This document shows, piece after piece, positions 15,010 to 24,347 of a stretch of 32,000 bases of DNA. The stretch's first letter is position 1. Every line of letters begins with the position of its first letter. The stretch is taken from contig CP060262.1 in NCBI GenBank assembly GCA_022646745.1, positions 1,110,001 to 1,142,000 of the forward strand. The letters run 5' to 3'. The translations under genes and the position numbers were made by a program. A model generated the notes under the pieces. It ran no database searches. It worked only from the letters and a program-made list of their open reading frames with translations, and had not been told where the DNA came from. The DNA is from Planctomycetales bacterium. Its GTDB lineage: Bacteria; 4484-113; JAFGCY01.

Positions 15010-15075
15010 TTTCCCGCCGGACAGCAGGACCAAGTGTCAGAAATGGCAGGTGACGGCTGGCCGAGCATCCCGCCT

Positions 15076-15094
15076 ACGTTCAAGGAGGAATGTG
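15076..15094 (+). promoter_or_regulatory. Conserved 19-nt SD leader of flagellin 3
   Basis: ACGTTCAAGGAGGAATGTG, identical to 8601-8619. Confidence 0.8.
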
Positions 15095-15096
15095 GC

Positions 15097-17820
15097 ATGA
15101 GTGTTTCTCGTATATATCAGAACCCGTTGGCAATCAACGCCAACCGTAACCTCAAGATCACGGGGATGAACATCTCCAAGTCCCTGGAAAGACTGTCCAG
15201 TGGTCTGAGGATCAACCGTGCCGCAGATGACGCCGCCGGCCTCTCCATCAGTGAGAAGTTGCGCAGCCAGATCCGCGGCCTCAACCGCGCCAGCACCAAC
15301 GCCCTGGACGGCATCAGCCTGATCCAGACCGCGGAAGGTGCGCTCAACGAGACCCACAGCATCCTGCAGCGCATGCGTGAGCTGTCCGTGCAGGCCGCCA
15401 ACGGCATCTACACCGCCGGCGACCGCATCGCGATCCAGCAGGAAGTCAGCCAGCTCGTGGGGGAAATCAACCGCATCTCCGACACCACGGAGTTCAACAC
15501 CAAGACCCTGCTCGACGGGACGCTCGGCGCCCTGATCTCGACTGACGACTTCAGCCGGATCAGCGCGGCCGTGACCGGCAACGTCGGCAAGGGTGGCAAC
15601 TTCGTGCTGAAGGCCGCCGCGCTGACAACCGGCAACCTGCAGGTGCAGAAGTCGGACGTGTTCTCCACGGTGCAGCAGGCGGACGCCGTCGGCCGGATCA
15701 ACTCCGCGCTGACCTTCCGCGCGGATGCGGAGATCGCCACCGCCAGCACAAACGGCGTCGGGCATACCGGCATCTACCAGGTCGAGGTGCTGAATGACAG
15801 TTTCGGCAGCGTGGCCGTGCAGAGCACCGGTCCCGGCACCTTCCGCATCAGCGGTGCCTCGATCAGCGGCGGCGCCCTGAGCATCGGCCGCAACCTGCAG
15901 GCGGAGGAGCTGACCGTCGGCGACAAGATCCTGCTGACAGTCAACACCCAGAGCGGCGTGAGCACGGTCAGCATCGTGCTCGGCAGCCTCGGCACAAACA
16001 TGACGAGCCTGGCCGGACTGATGAGCAACGCGCTGAACGGCGGCTTTGCCAACGTCTCGAACGTGACCTTCAACGCCAGCGGACAGTTCAGCATCAACGT
16101 CTCCAACGGCGGCTCGACCCTGTCCATCATCAGCTCCAAGTTCGTTGACACAGATGGCAGCGGCTCGGACTTCTACATCAGCTTCGGCAGCGCCGGTGGT
16201 TCGAACACCTTCTACAGTTCGGTGCAGTACAGCTTCTTCAACAACGGCAGCGCCACCTCCGGCAGCCTGTCCCGCGGCGGCGGTGCCAGCATCAGCGGCC
16301 ACTTCTTCTCGATCGGCGATGCCAACACGGGCACGATCGGCATCCGCTTCGACACCCGCTATGACTTCAGCCAGGTCAGCCTCGCCAACACGACGGCGAC
16401 CGATACCATCAACTGGAGCCGCTGGGACGGTGGCAACAGCATCCAGGAGTACGGCAAGGTCTGGCAGGATGGACCGGCCGTTACCAACGGCACCTTCATC
16501 GTGTCCAGTGCCGGTGCCCGCACATATGCAATCTACGAATTCGACAACCAGGCATACACTGACCTCGTCGCAGGCGGCGTGGACCAGGACATCGCCTTCA
16601 AGACGGCCCGCGGCGACCGGCAGGTCGACATCAACGGCGACAACCTGTTCTCGATCGGCGTGGCCTTCGAGGGCGCGGTCGGCAGCGACCTGGAGAACAT
16701 CCACTTCGCGCTGGACGGCATCATGCAGGTCGGTGAGCAGGCCACCTTCAACATCAGCACCAACAACGTGCTGACGGCGGACCAGCTCAATACCCTGGCA
16801 AGCCTCAACCGCTTCCAGGAGTTCGGCGTGTTCAACGGCCGCGACAGCGTGGAGCTGACGCTCTTCCTGCGCGGGTCCAGCGAGTCCACCACGATCAACC
16901 TGACCAAGAATGACAGCTTCGAGGACATGGCCGGCAAGATCAGCCTGGCGATGTACAACACCGACGGCAGCGGCATCATCAAGAGCGGCATCATCAACCC
17001 GCAGCAGGTGCCGGACCTGGTGCACGTGAACACGATCGGCATGGCGAAGGGCACGATGTCCATCACCACGGCGGTACCGGGTGCCGAAGTGGTGTTCGCC
17101 GGTGACGAAAGCATCCTGAAGGCCCTGTCCCTGATCGAGATCGAGGAGGGCACGGCCCCCGTCTACAGCATCAGCGCCTTCAACATCGAGAAGAACGCGG
17201 AGGTCGGCAAGGTGATCGTCAACTCCAACGAGATCAACGGCCTGCTGCCCGGCGTGAAGCTGTTCTTCGACAACACACTCGGCCTCAAGCTGGATGCCCA
17301 GCCGCCGACCAGCATCGCCGGCGGCGGCACGAACGGCATGATCAGCTTCGGCTACCAGGCCCCGACGGAGCGCCCGACGATCTCGCTCGGTGGCAACATC
17401 GAAAGCTTCTTCGTCCATGTCGCGCCGCGTGACTTCAGCCTGCAGATCGGTGCCAACCAGGGCCAGACGATCGACACCTTCATCGCCGACATGAGTGCCC
17501 AGGCACTCGGCGTGGAGGGCCTGGTGGTGGTCACGAGTGACCTCGCCCAGGAGGCGATCAGCATCGTTGACAATGCGATCAACACGGTCAGCAGCCAGCG
17601 CTCCAGGCTGGGTGCCCTGCAGAACCGACTGGAAAGCACGATCCGCAACCTGGATGTCAGCGCCGAGAACCTGACCTCATCCGAGAGCCGCATCCGCGAC
17701 GTGGACGTGGCCCTCGAGACGATCGCCTCGACCCGCAACCAGATCCTGCTGCAGGCAGGTGTGGCGGCGATGGCCCAGGCCAACCAGATGCCGCAGCAGA
17801 TGCTGCAGCTGCTGGGCTAA
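15097..17820 (+). CDS. fliC: Giant flagellin paralog 3 (907 aa), the most diverged copy
   Basis: The ORF is open from 15034. Homology to paralogs 1 and 2 (MSVSRIYQNPLAINANRNLK) and the conserved SD leader place the start at ATG 15097. Confidence 0.93.
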   Translation: MSVSRIYQNPLAINANRNLKITGMNISKSLERLSSGLRINRAADDAAGLSISEKLRSQIRGLNRASTNALDGISLIQTAEGALNETHSILQRMRELSVQAANGIYTAGDRIAIQQEVSQLVGEINRISDTTEFNTKTLLDGTLGALISTDDFSRISAAVTGNVGKGGNFVLKAAALTTGNLQVQKSDVFSTVQQADAVGRINSALTFRADAEIATASTNGVGHTGIYQVEVLNDSFGSVAVQSTGPGTFRISGASISGGALSIGRNLQAEELTVGDKILLTVNTQSGVSTVSIVLGSLGTNMTSLAGLMSNALNGGFANVSNVTFNASGQFSINVSNGGSTLSIISSKFVDTDGSGSDFYISFGSAGGSNTFYSSVQYSFFNNGSATSGSLSRGGGASISGHFFSIGDANTGTIGIRFDTRYDFSQVSLANTTATDTINWSRWDGGNSIQEYGKVWQDGPAVTNGTFIVSSAGARTYAIYEFDNQAYTDLVAGGVDQDIAFKTARGDRQVDINGDNLFSIGVAFEGAVGSDLENIHFALDGIMQVGEQATFNISTNNVLTADQLNTLASLNRFQEFGVFNGRDSVELTLFLRGSSESTTINLTKNDSFEDMAGKISLAMYNTDGSGIIKSGIINPQQVPDLVHVNTIGMAKGTMSITTAVPGAEVVFAGDESILKALSLIEIEEGTAPVYSISAFNIEKNAEVGKVIVNSNEINGLLPGVKLFFDNTLGLKLDAQPPTSIAGGGTNGMISFGYQAPTERPTISLGGNIESFFVHVAPRDFSLQIGANQGQTIDTFIADMSAQALGVEGLVVVTSDLAQEAISIVDNAINTVSSQRSRLGALQNRLESTIRNLDVSAENLTSSESRIRDVDVALETIASTRNQILLQAGVAAMAQANQMPQQMLQLLG

Positions 17821-17851
17821 GCGTAGCTAATCCCTGAGCTTTACGAGAAGC

Positions 17852-17891
17852 GCCTCCTCCGGCCGGATGGTCCGGGGGAGGCCGCTTTTTT
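17852..17891 (+). terminator. Rho-independent terminator of flagellin 3
   Basis: GCCTCCTCCGG(CCGGATGGT)CCGGGGGAGGC followed by CGCTTTTTT. Confidence 0.8.
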
Positions 17892-17977
17892 CAGGTTACT
17901 GGTATCAGGTTGCAGGTTGCGGAGATCAGGGAAAACGGAGTATTGGCAGAAGCAGAATAAGAAGCAGAAGTAGAATC
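17892..17977. repeat. Post-terminator half element. It has CAGGTTN heptamers (17892-17930) and a GGCAGAAGCAGAATAAGAAGCAGAAGTAGAATC hexamer run (17945-17977), with no complementary arm before the convergent gene
   Basis: Direct reading. Confidence 0.6.
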
Positions 17978-18037
17978 TGTTGCGGCGGCTTCCAGCCGCC
18001 GGACTCAGTCAACTGCTTGTAATTGAATCCGTTCAGC

Positions 18038-18361
18038 TCAGACGGTTACGTGATCGGTGTCATCTACCTTATCCACATGGTCCTTTGGACGCCTGAAGGG
18101 AATCAGGATTCCGATGAAGCAGGCGTAGGTCAGCGCAGACCACATGTCCGTGCTTCTGGGGCCGGAGCCAGCCAGTGACATCGCATTCAGGGATGCACTG
18201 ATGATGATTGCCAGCCTGCTGACAGTGATCCAGATGGCCAGCAGACGCTGGTTCAATCCCGTACTGTTGAGCTGCAGGCCCGACGGCAGCCTGAACACGA
18301 GCCCAACCACGCTGAGCAGCATCACGAGGATTGTCATCACCCATGAGATTGTGTGCCACAT
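18038..18361 (-). CDS. Small hypothetical membrane protein (107 aa)
   Basis: Three hydrophobic segments (WVMTILVMLLSVVGLVF, LLAIWITVSRLAIIISASL, ALTYACFIGILIPF). GC is lower than in the neighbouring genes and no SD was checked. Confidence 0.45.
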   Translation of the reverse strand: MWHTISWVMTILVMLLSVVGLVFRLPSGLQLNSTGLNQRLLAIWITVSRLAIIISASLNAMSLAGSGPRSTDMWSALTYACFIGILIPFRRPKDHVDKVDDTDHVTV

Positions 18362-18501
18362 GGCCAGCCCCCGCAGGCAGCAGTGATGGTTTACATACTA
18401 ACACCAGGACCAGATCAAGTGTGTTTGCCTACGGGAAACTGTGAACATCTGGTGCTTTAAGTGCCGATTGCCAAGTCTGCTCTCCGCTTACAGCTTCCTG
18501 C

Positions 18502-20259
18502 CTACTCAGTAGCCTCGTAGCAACCCGCATCCAGCAGGCCGTCGAACACTGGCTGTGGTCGCATGTTGCCATCGAAGTCCAGCGGCGGGAAGCCGAGGAT
18601 GTCCGTGCCCAGTTCAGTTGCAAGCGATCCGGGCAGGATGTGGTAGTCGTCGATCAGTGAATTGAGGAACACAGCCTCATCAGTCATTTCAATGCTGTGC
18701 TGGTCGTTGCCTGTGTTTGACTTCCAGTCAGCCAGGTCGTAGACATTCGCGTCGTCATCAGGCGTGAAGCGGCCGATGGCCAGGTTGTAGTCACTGGAGA
18801 AGCCCGCCAGGCAGTCCGCATCAAGGCTGATCGCGCCGCGGAAGTCATGCCGGTTCCAGAGGATGTTGTTGCGCAGGGTATTGCCGGTGCTGGCGTTTGC
18901 GATCCGGATGCACCAGCGGCCGTCAGCCGCCTGCACGATCGTGTTGCAGACCACCAGGTTGCCGGTGGAGGTCAGGCCGTCCTGGCTGAACAGGGTGATG
19001 CCGGAGGCATGGTTGCCATAGAGAAGGTTGTTGCGGATCACGCTGTCGCGCAGGCCGTCCATGTTGAGGGCCGCACCACCGCCGCTGCCGTTGTCAAAGC
19101 AGACATTGCGCTCAATCAGCGCACCACTCATGATCCCGTCGCCACCCTGGCTGGCATCGGCGTTGAACTGGATCCCGCCGCGCTTGTTGCTGAAGCAGAC
19201 ATTGCCGCGGGCGATGTTCTCATCACCACTGTTGCTGAGGTAGATCCCGTGTTCGTCCCCGCTGAAGCTGCAGGTGTTGTACTCCACCACCAGCCTGTCC
19301 GTGAAGCCGCTGAAGATGCCCCAGCGGGCATTACCGGTGCAGTTGTTGTGCCGGAGGATGATGTCATGCGCCGGCGTCGCAGCACTGCCGACCACGCGGA
19401 TGCCTGCCCGCGAGCAGTCACGTACCGTGAAGCCCTCGACCACGATGTCGTGGATGTCCGGGGCCTCGAAATTCTCGATGTTGATCCCGTCCGGGGTTTC
19501 CACATTGTCAAAGATCACTGCTGCCCCGTCCAGTGCACTGAAGGTGATCGGGGAGCCCGGCATACCGCTGCGCGACAGCATGAAGCCCTCGTAGTTGCCC
19601 GGCCGCACGATCACCGTGTCTCCCGCCACCACGTTGTCAGCAGCCTTCTGCAGGGTGCCCCAGGGCAGGGTCACACTGCCGGGGTTGTTGTCATTGCCAC
19701 CGCTGCTGACAGGTGCGACATAGAACGTGTTGCCACCGTGTTCCTCGTCGTAGACAAGCGCCAGGCTGTCCAGCTGTGACTGCATCCCGCCGGACTTGAG
19801 CGCCGGGGCCAGCACCACGCAGTAGCAGAAGCCGCCCGGGGAAATCAGCCCCTGCGCATCTGACAGGTCAATCAGGGCCTCGCCCTCACTGAGCACGCTG
19901 AAGAAGCGCCAGCGCCCGAGCTGGAAGTCGGCCGCGGCGATGTAGAACAGGCCGCTGCCGCTGGCAATCAGGCTGTCCAGCGGTCCCTCGGGGGCCGGCA
20001 CCTGGAAGATGCACCAGGCATGCTCATCCTGCGTGGGCTTCAGCACGCGGCGTTCCTCATCAAGCGGTTCGCAGTTGAACTGGCTGTGGGGCTGTACGAG
20101 GCTCAGGCGGAAGGATTCGATGATGCTCGGCTGTCGAAGCTGGTCGAGGCCGTTGATGCCAGGCAGCTCTCCATCCACGGGCTGCAGCAGCGGCGCGGCG
20201 GAAGCGCAGGCCGCCATCAGGCAGGCCAGCAGCAGGCATGGCAGGTGGATCAGCCTCAC
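18502..20259 (-). CDS. Secreted right-handed parallel beta-helix repeat protein (pectate-lyase-fold superfamily) with an N-terminal domain of about 190 aa and unknown fold
   Basis: Signal peptide MRLIHLPCLLLACLMAACASA. TFYVAPVSSGGNDNNPGSVTLPWGTLQKAADNVVAGDTVIVRPGNYEGF is the typical beta-helix entry motif. Repeated N-x-x-x-G-I PbH1-like turns follow (NARWGIF, HGIYLSNSGDENIARGNVCFSN, GGIQFNAD, NHASGITLF). Confidence 0.8.
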   Translation of the reverse strand: MRLIHLPCLLLACLMAACASAAPLLQPVDGELPGINGLDQLRQPSIIESFRLSLVQPHSQFNCEPLDEERRVLKPTQDEHAWCIFQVPAPEGPLDSLIASGSGLFYIAAADFQLGRWRFFSVLSEGEALIDLSDAQGLISPGGFCYCVVLAPALKSGGMQSQLDSLALVYDEEHGGNTFYVAPVSSGGNDNNPGSVTLPWGTLQKAADNVVAGDTVIVRPGNYEGFMLSRSGMPGSPITFSALDGAAVIFDNVETPDGINIENFEAPDIHDIVVEGFTVRDCSRAGIRVVGSAATPAHDIILRHNNCTGNARWGIFSGFTDRLVVEYNTCSFSGDEHGIYLSNSGDENIARGNVCFSNKRGGIQFNADASQGGDGIMSGALIERNVCFDNGSGGGAALNMDGLRDSVIRNNLLYGNHASGITLFSQDGLTSTGNLVVCNTIVQAADGRWCIRIANASTGNTLRNNILWNRHDFRGAISLDADCLAGFSSDYNLAIGRFTPDDDANVYDLADWKSNTGNDQHSIEMTDEAVFLNSLIDDYHILPGSLATELGTDILGFPPLDFDGNMRPQPVFDGLLDAGCYEATE

Positions 20260-20337
20260 TCCCTGTTATACCCAGCAGCCCGCGCCGCGCCAAGGGACAC
20301 TTGCTGCGGATCTGCCGCATACTGTGGAACGGAAATG

Positions 20338-20366
20338 AAAAAGGGGAACCCGTGGGCTCCCCTTTC
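20338..20366 (-). terminator. Rho-independent terminator, potentially bidirectional, ending the five-gene operon
   Basis: The minus strand reads AGGGGAGCCCACGGGTTCCCCT followed by TTTTTC. Confidence 0.7.
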
Positions 20367-20386
20367 ATCAGTCTGAGATCCGTTCC

Positions 20387-21025
20387 TCAGGACCGTGTCC
20401 AGGGGAACATGATGTGCCCGCTTTCAATGATGTACTGGAAGCGGCCGATCAGCAGCGAGATACGGGCCATCACCGTGTAGCCGAAGCTCGCGCCGAAGCT
20501 GACCATGATGAACACGATGCCCAGCCGGCTGATCATGCCGACGGTACGGCGGTGCTCCAGGCTGAAGAAGAAGTAGATCAGCGTGGAGAACACCGCGACC
20601 AGGATGATGATCTGGTTGATCACCGGGCCCGGGCCGCCGGAGTAGGGCTGCAGGGTCTGGCTGAGCTGCGGCAGCAGCAGCGAATGCACGATCAGTGGCA
20701 GCGAGTAGCCCGCGAAACCACCGATGTACAGCGCAAATGCCATGCGCGAGAGCCAGCTCATCGAGGGGATGATGCGCAGCAGGATGAAGATGCCGAGGAT
20801 GGTCGGGATCAGCACCCAGTAGTTGTGCTGCTGCTTCATGGCCTGGAACACGAGCGGGTAGATCGTGCTCCAGTACTGGATGTTCACGTAGTAACCGACG
20901 GAGATGCCGAGGTACAGGTGCTCCCCGAACTTGAAGGCCGGGTTGTCCTTGTAGATGAAGCTGAACATCATCAGCGTCAGGCCGACGGCAATCCATGTGC
21001 CTAGTACTTCACCTGCCGGGATCAT
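20387..21025 (-). CDS. Operon gene 5: polytopic membrane protein with about 6 TM segments, function unknown
   Basis: 212 aa and hydrophobic throughout. Its start overlaps the upstream stop by 4 nt (ATGA at 21022-21025). Confidence 0.75.
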   Translation of the reverse strand: MIPAGEVLGTWIAVGLTLMMFSFIYKDNPAFKFGEHLYLGISVGYYVNIQYWSTIYPLVFQAMKQQHNYWVLIPTILGIFILLRIIPSMSWLSRMAFALYIGGFAGYSLPLIVHSLLLPQLSQTLQPYSGGPGPVINQIIILVAVFSTLIYFFFSLEHRRTVGMISRLGIVFIMVSFGASFGYTVMARISLLIGRFQYIIESGHIMFPWTRS

Positions 21026-21897
21026 GCGGTCCTCCTTTCCTCACGCTGCCGCTTGTTGGCAATGAAGTAACAGATGTTGGCCAGGATGATCGAGAGCACG
21101 ATGAACAGGTGCACCGCGCTCTGGGCATCCATTCCCTTGACGGCGTTGCCCGCCACGCGGGGCGCGCCACCCTGGACGTTGGGGTACTTGTCCATCAGCA
21201 GTACGTCATACTCCGCGCTGCCCTTCATTCCACCGGAGATGCCATCCAGCTGCCCCGCCTGGTAGTAGGGATAGTAGCCGGCGGCGGAGACCGCGGTGCA
21301 GGCTGCGCTCATCGGCACGTTCTCCGGCGCACTGGCGAAGGCGATCCAGACCTCGACCGTCGCACCGGCGGCGATGTCGACGATGTAATCGCAGTCCTTC
21401 ACACTCTGCACGCGCTGGTAGATCGGCATGTTGGCGGTCGGCCGGTTGTAGAAGTCCGTCGGGTAGGTGCCGGTGATGCTGTTAGTCAGGCCACCGACCA
21501 CCGCCGCGTTGCCGGGCTTGTAGCCGAGGAAGCACCAGTCGGTTCCGTTCGTCTTGCCGTACTGCTTGCTGACTTCCTCTACCGCCTGCTGGACGAGCGC
21601 CGGGCCACCGGGCCACAGCGTGAGGATGTGTACCTTGTGGTCCTTCTCGAAGCAGTGGGCCAGCATCGAGTACAGGAAGGGCTGCAGCTCGGGCTTGGAG
21701 GACGGGTCATAGTCAGCCGCGATCATGATGTCACTGCCGTTGGGCAGTGCATCCACCGCGCTGAAGATCGAACGCACCTCGGGGGTGGTGCCGACCGGCA
21801 TTGACAGCGGCCAGATCAGCGGCCAGGCCACCAGTACGGCGACGCAGGCAAAGATGATCTTGCGGTCCAGGTTGAGGATCAGTGTCACGAAATCCAT
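21022..21897 (-). CDS. Operon gene 4: bitopic protein with N- and C-terminal TM helices flanking a soluble domain of about 230 aa, function unknown
   Basis: TM helices IIFACVAVLVAWPLIWPL and AVHLFIVLSIILANICYFIA. There is a 2-nt gap to the upstream gene. Confidence 0.75.
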   Translation of the reverse strand: MDFVTLILNLDRKIIFACVAVLVAWPLIWPLSMPVGTTPEVRSIFSAVDALPNGSDIMIAADYDPSSKPELQPFLYSMLAHCFEKDHKVHILTLWPGGPALVQQAVEEVSKQYGKTNGTDWCFLGYKPGNAAVVGGLTNSITGTYPTDFYNRPTANMPIYQRVQSVKDCDYIVDIAAGATVEVWIAFASAPENVPMSAACTAVSAAGYYPYYQAGQLDGISGGMKGSAEYDVLLMDKYPNVQGGAPRVAGNAVKGMDAQSAVHLFIVLSIILANICYFIANKRQREERRTA

Positions 21898-21899
21898 TT

Positions 21900-22604
21900 C
21901 TAGTCACCTCCTCCCATGTAGGTCCGCTCAATGCCGAAGATTATTCGGATCGAGATTGCGATCTGGCTCAGGTAGACCCCGAGCAGGATGCCGCGCTTGG
22001 CGGCGGCGTTCGGCACATTCAGCAGCCAGCCGGTCCACTCCTCGAAGTCAATCAGGTGGTACTCGTTCTGGCCGATCATGAAAGCCGGGGTGGCATTGCT
22101 GATCAGGTCGCCAATCGGCACGCGGCCGACCATCATGATGATCGCCGCCACAAGCAGCAGGGTGGCTTCCATGCTGCGGGCGCGGAAGGCGCGGAAGGCT
22201 GCCGATGCGATGAAGAAGGCCAGCACGGAGAACATCGTGGCCTGCATCGGGATGAAGGTGTATTCATAAAGCCAGTTGAATAGCGAGCCGGTTTCCATGT
22301 TCTTCTCGGCGAATCCCGGGAAGGCGAAGGGCAGGAAGCCGGCTGCGGTCATCATGATGAAGGCGGCGATCGTCACGTATGAGAACGCGAATCCCGGCCG
22401 CTTCATCCTGATCTTCAGCATGTGGTGCTGCAGCAGCGACAGGATACCGAGGATCGCCGCGAAGCCCACGATGATGCGCACCCATTCCAGGTAGCCATCC
22501 ACCAGGTTGGTGCTCACCTCGCTGGGGATGTAGTACCTGATCCACATCATGATTCCCGCCACGAAGGCGATGATGATGGGCAGTTGTCGTTTCAGGAAAA
22601 TCAA
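21900..22604 (-). CDS. Operon gene 3: polytopic membrane protein with about 5-6 TM segments, function unknown
   Basis: 234 aa with multiple hydrophobic segments. There is a 10-nt gap to the upstream gene. Confidence 0.75.
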   Translation of the reverse strand: MIFLKRQLPIIIAFVAGIMMWIRYYIPSEVSTNLVDGYLEWVRIIVGFAAILGILSLLQHHMLKIRMKRPGFAFSYVTIAAFIMMTAAGFLPFAFPGFAEKNMETGSLFNWLYEYTFIPMQATMFSVLAFFIASAAFRAFRARSMEATLLLVAAIIMMVGRVPIGDLISNATPAFMIGQNEYHLIDFEEWTGWLLNVPNAAAKRGILLGVYLSQIAISIRIIFGIERTYMGGGD

Positions 22605-22614
22605 CTCATGCCTC

Positions 22615-24303
22615 CTACAGCGGTGTCACCAGGTCACGCAGGACGTCCCACTGCGCACTGAAGATGAAGAGGATTGCCTGCAGCAGGATGATCGCCATCA
22701 TGAAAGCCTTGGCGATGTCCTGGCCCTTCAGGCTGCCCAAAAGCATCGGCTCCCGGGACAGGTAAGCGCTAGCGGCATACAGCTCCTCACCGATCAGCGT
22801 GTAGTCGCAGGTCACGATGAAGAACGGCAGCTGGTGCTCGGCGTCTGTGCCGGCGATCTGGATCGCGCCGGTGTCGGCACCGGTCTCGGCCAGCAGCAGC
22901 GACTCGGCGTAGTAGTAGCCCATCAGGAAGATCGCGGCGGGCTTGTCACGCATCATGATGCCGCAGGTGGCTGCAGTGAATGAGAACTGGTCGTCCGTCA
23001 GGAAGAAGATGTTGTCCTCGCGGTAAGCGTCGGGACGGCCCGCCGTGGCGTAGCCTTCCTTGACGACCTCCTGGGCGACGGTCTGCACCACCGGGTCGCG
23101 GTTCGGCACGATCAGGTCAGACTCGTAGTCCGCGATCTTGCCGGCCACGCGGCCGAGGATGTTGATCGCTGCCAGCGTTGACAGTTCCGAGAGGGACTGC
23201 AGGCCGCAGAGGTACATCACCGGCTTGCCCATCTCCGTGGCACGGCCGATCGCCTCGTCGACGGCCTCCAGGCCGGCGATGCGGCGGATGAACATGTTCG
23301 GGTTGCGCCGCGCGAGGATGATGAAGGTCAGGATGATTCCGCCGAACAGCAGTGCGAAGATCAGGTTATTCAGCTTGCTCTTGTCAAAGGCGTTGCCAAT
23401 CGGGGCGGCGGTGCCGATCTGCACCACGTCCGCCAGCTGCGGCCCGCCGGCCTCGGCCTCGGGGAACATCGGGTTGGCCGGGACGGTGCCGAAGGTGCTC
23501 ATGCGCACCTGGTACTCGATGTCCGGCACCAGCCTGACGGGGATCGCGCGGAACTGCTCTAGCCCGGTGGCTTCATCGCTGGAGTCCGCCGTGCCGGGGT
23601 TCGGCACGGAGATCGTGTCGAAGGTGTAGAACAGCATGCCCGCGTCAGCGCGGCTGGCGGAGTTGACACCGAACAGGTCGCTGCGGTCGCCGCGGGTGCC
23701 GACGGAGGCCATCGGAGCCGGATCGGCCACGCTGATCCATTCCTTGCCGCTGCGCAGCGCCTCGTTGAGGAACTCCCAGGTCAGGGCCTTCAGGCGCAGG
23801 TCCTCGCCTGCATAGGTGCGGGCGGAGAAAGCATTGTGGAGCCTGTTGACCTGGTGGTCCAGGCGCTTGTGCACGCGGTACTTCTGCCAGTATTCATGGC
23901 GCTTCTGGTTGATGGTGCCATCCGGCTCCTTGTCCAGGATCGCCTGGTCAAGCGCGGACTGTGCGGCATCCATCTCGGCCTTGGCGGCATCGCGCTGCGT
24001 CAGCACGTCAGCGATCTGACCGACCAGCCAGCTGCGTGCATCAGTGAGCGTCTTCTGCTGGCGCTCCGTCAGGGCGAAGTGGTCCAGCAGCTGCTCGTTG
24101 ATGCGCACCTCGAAGGAGAACAGGTCGCTCTCCGCCGGTGTCCCGTTCCAGTTCCAGCTTACGGCGAGGGCGCTGCCATCATCATTGGCAACATCCCCCA
24201 GCTCGACATCAGCCGGAGCGGGAACGGCCATGGCGTGCACAGGCAGCAGTACCAGCACCGCTGCCATGCAGGCCAGAATCCGTTTTCCCATTCCCATGTG
24301 CAT
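22615..24303 (-). CDS. Operon gene 2: large membrane protein, function unknown. It has a signal peptide, an extracytoplasmic region of about 280 aa with a coiled-coil-like segment, a TM helix, a domain of about 220 aa, and a C-terminal TM helix
   Basis: Signal peptide GKRILACMAAVLVLLPVHAMA, and TM helices LIFALLFGGIILTFIILA and AFMMAIILLQAILFIFSA. Three in-frame ATGs at 24303, 24297 and 24291 make the exact start uncertain. Confidence 0.75.
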   Translation of the reverse strand: MHMGMGKRILACMAAVLVLLPVHAMAVPAPADVELGDVANDDGSALAVSWNWNGTPAESDLFSFEVRINEQLLDHFALTERQQKTLTDARSWLVGQIADVLTQRDAAKAEMDAAQSALDQAILDKEPDGTINQKRHEYWQKYRVHKRLDHQVNRLHNAFSARTYAGEDLRLKALTWEFLNEALRSGKEWISVADPAPMASVGTRGDRSDLFGVNSASRADAGMLFYTFDTISVPNPGTADSSDEATGLEQFRAIPVRLVPDIEYQVRMSTFGTVPANPMFPEAEAGGPQLADVVQIGTAAPIGNAFDKSKLNNLIFALLFGGIILTFIILARRNPNMFIRRIAGLEAVDEAIGRATEMGKPVMYLCGLQSLSELSTLAAINILGRVAGKIADYESDLIVPNRDPVVQTVAQEVVKEGYATAGRPDAYREDNIFFLTDDQFSFTAATCGIMMRDKPAAIFLMGYYYAESLLLAETGADTGAIQIAGTDAEHQLPFFIVTCDYTLIGEELYAASAYLSREPMLLGSLKGQDIAKAFMMAIILLQAILFIFSAQWDVLRDLVTPL

Positions 24304-24347
24304 ATCCTGCTCTTTTAATGTTTGACCCGTCGTACCGTTGGGCGGGA

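Noticed and set aside
15034-15096. N-terminal extension of flagellin 3 suggested by the ORF track (start at 15034)
   Set aside because: Homology with paralogs 1 and 2 and the conserved SD leader at 15076-15094 place the start at ATG 15097. The extension would also translate through the SD sequence.
17978-18037. Hairpin CGGCGGC(TTCCA)GCCGCCG between flagellin 3 and the convergent small membrane gene, considered as a terminator
   Set aside because: There is no U-run on either strand, so it cannot be called an intrinsic terminator with confidence.
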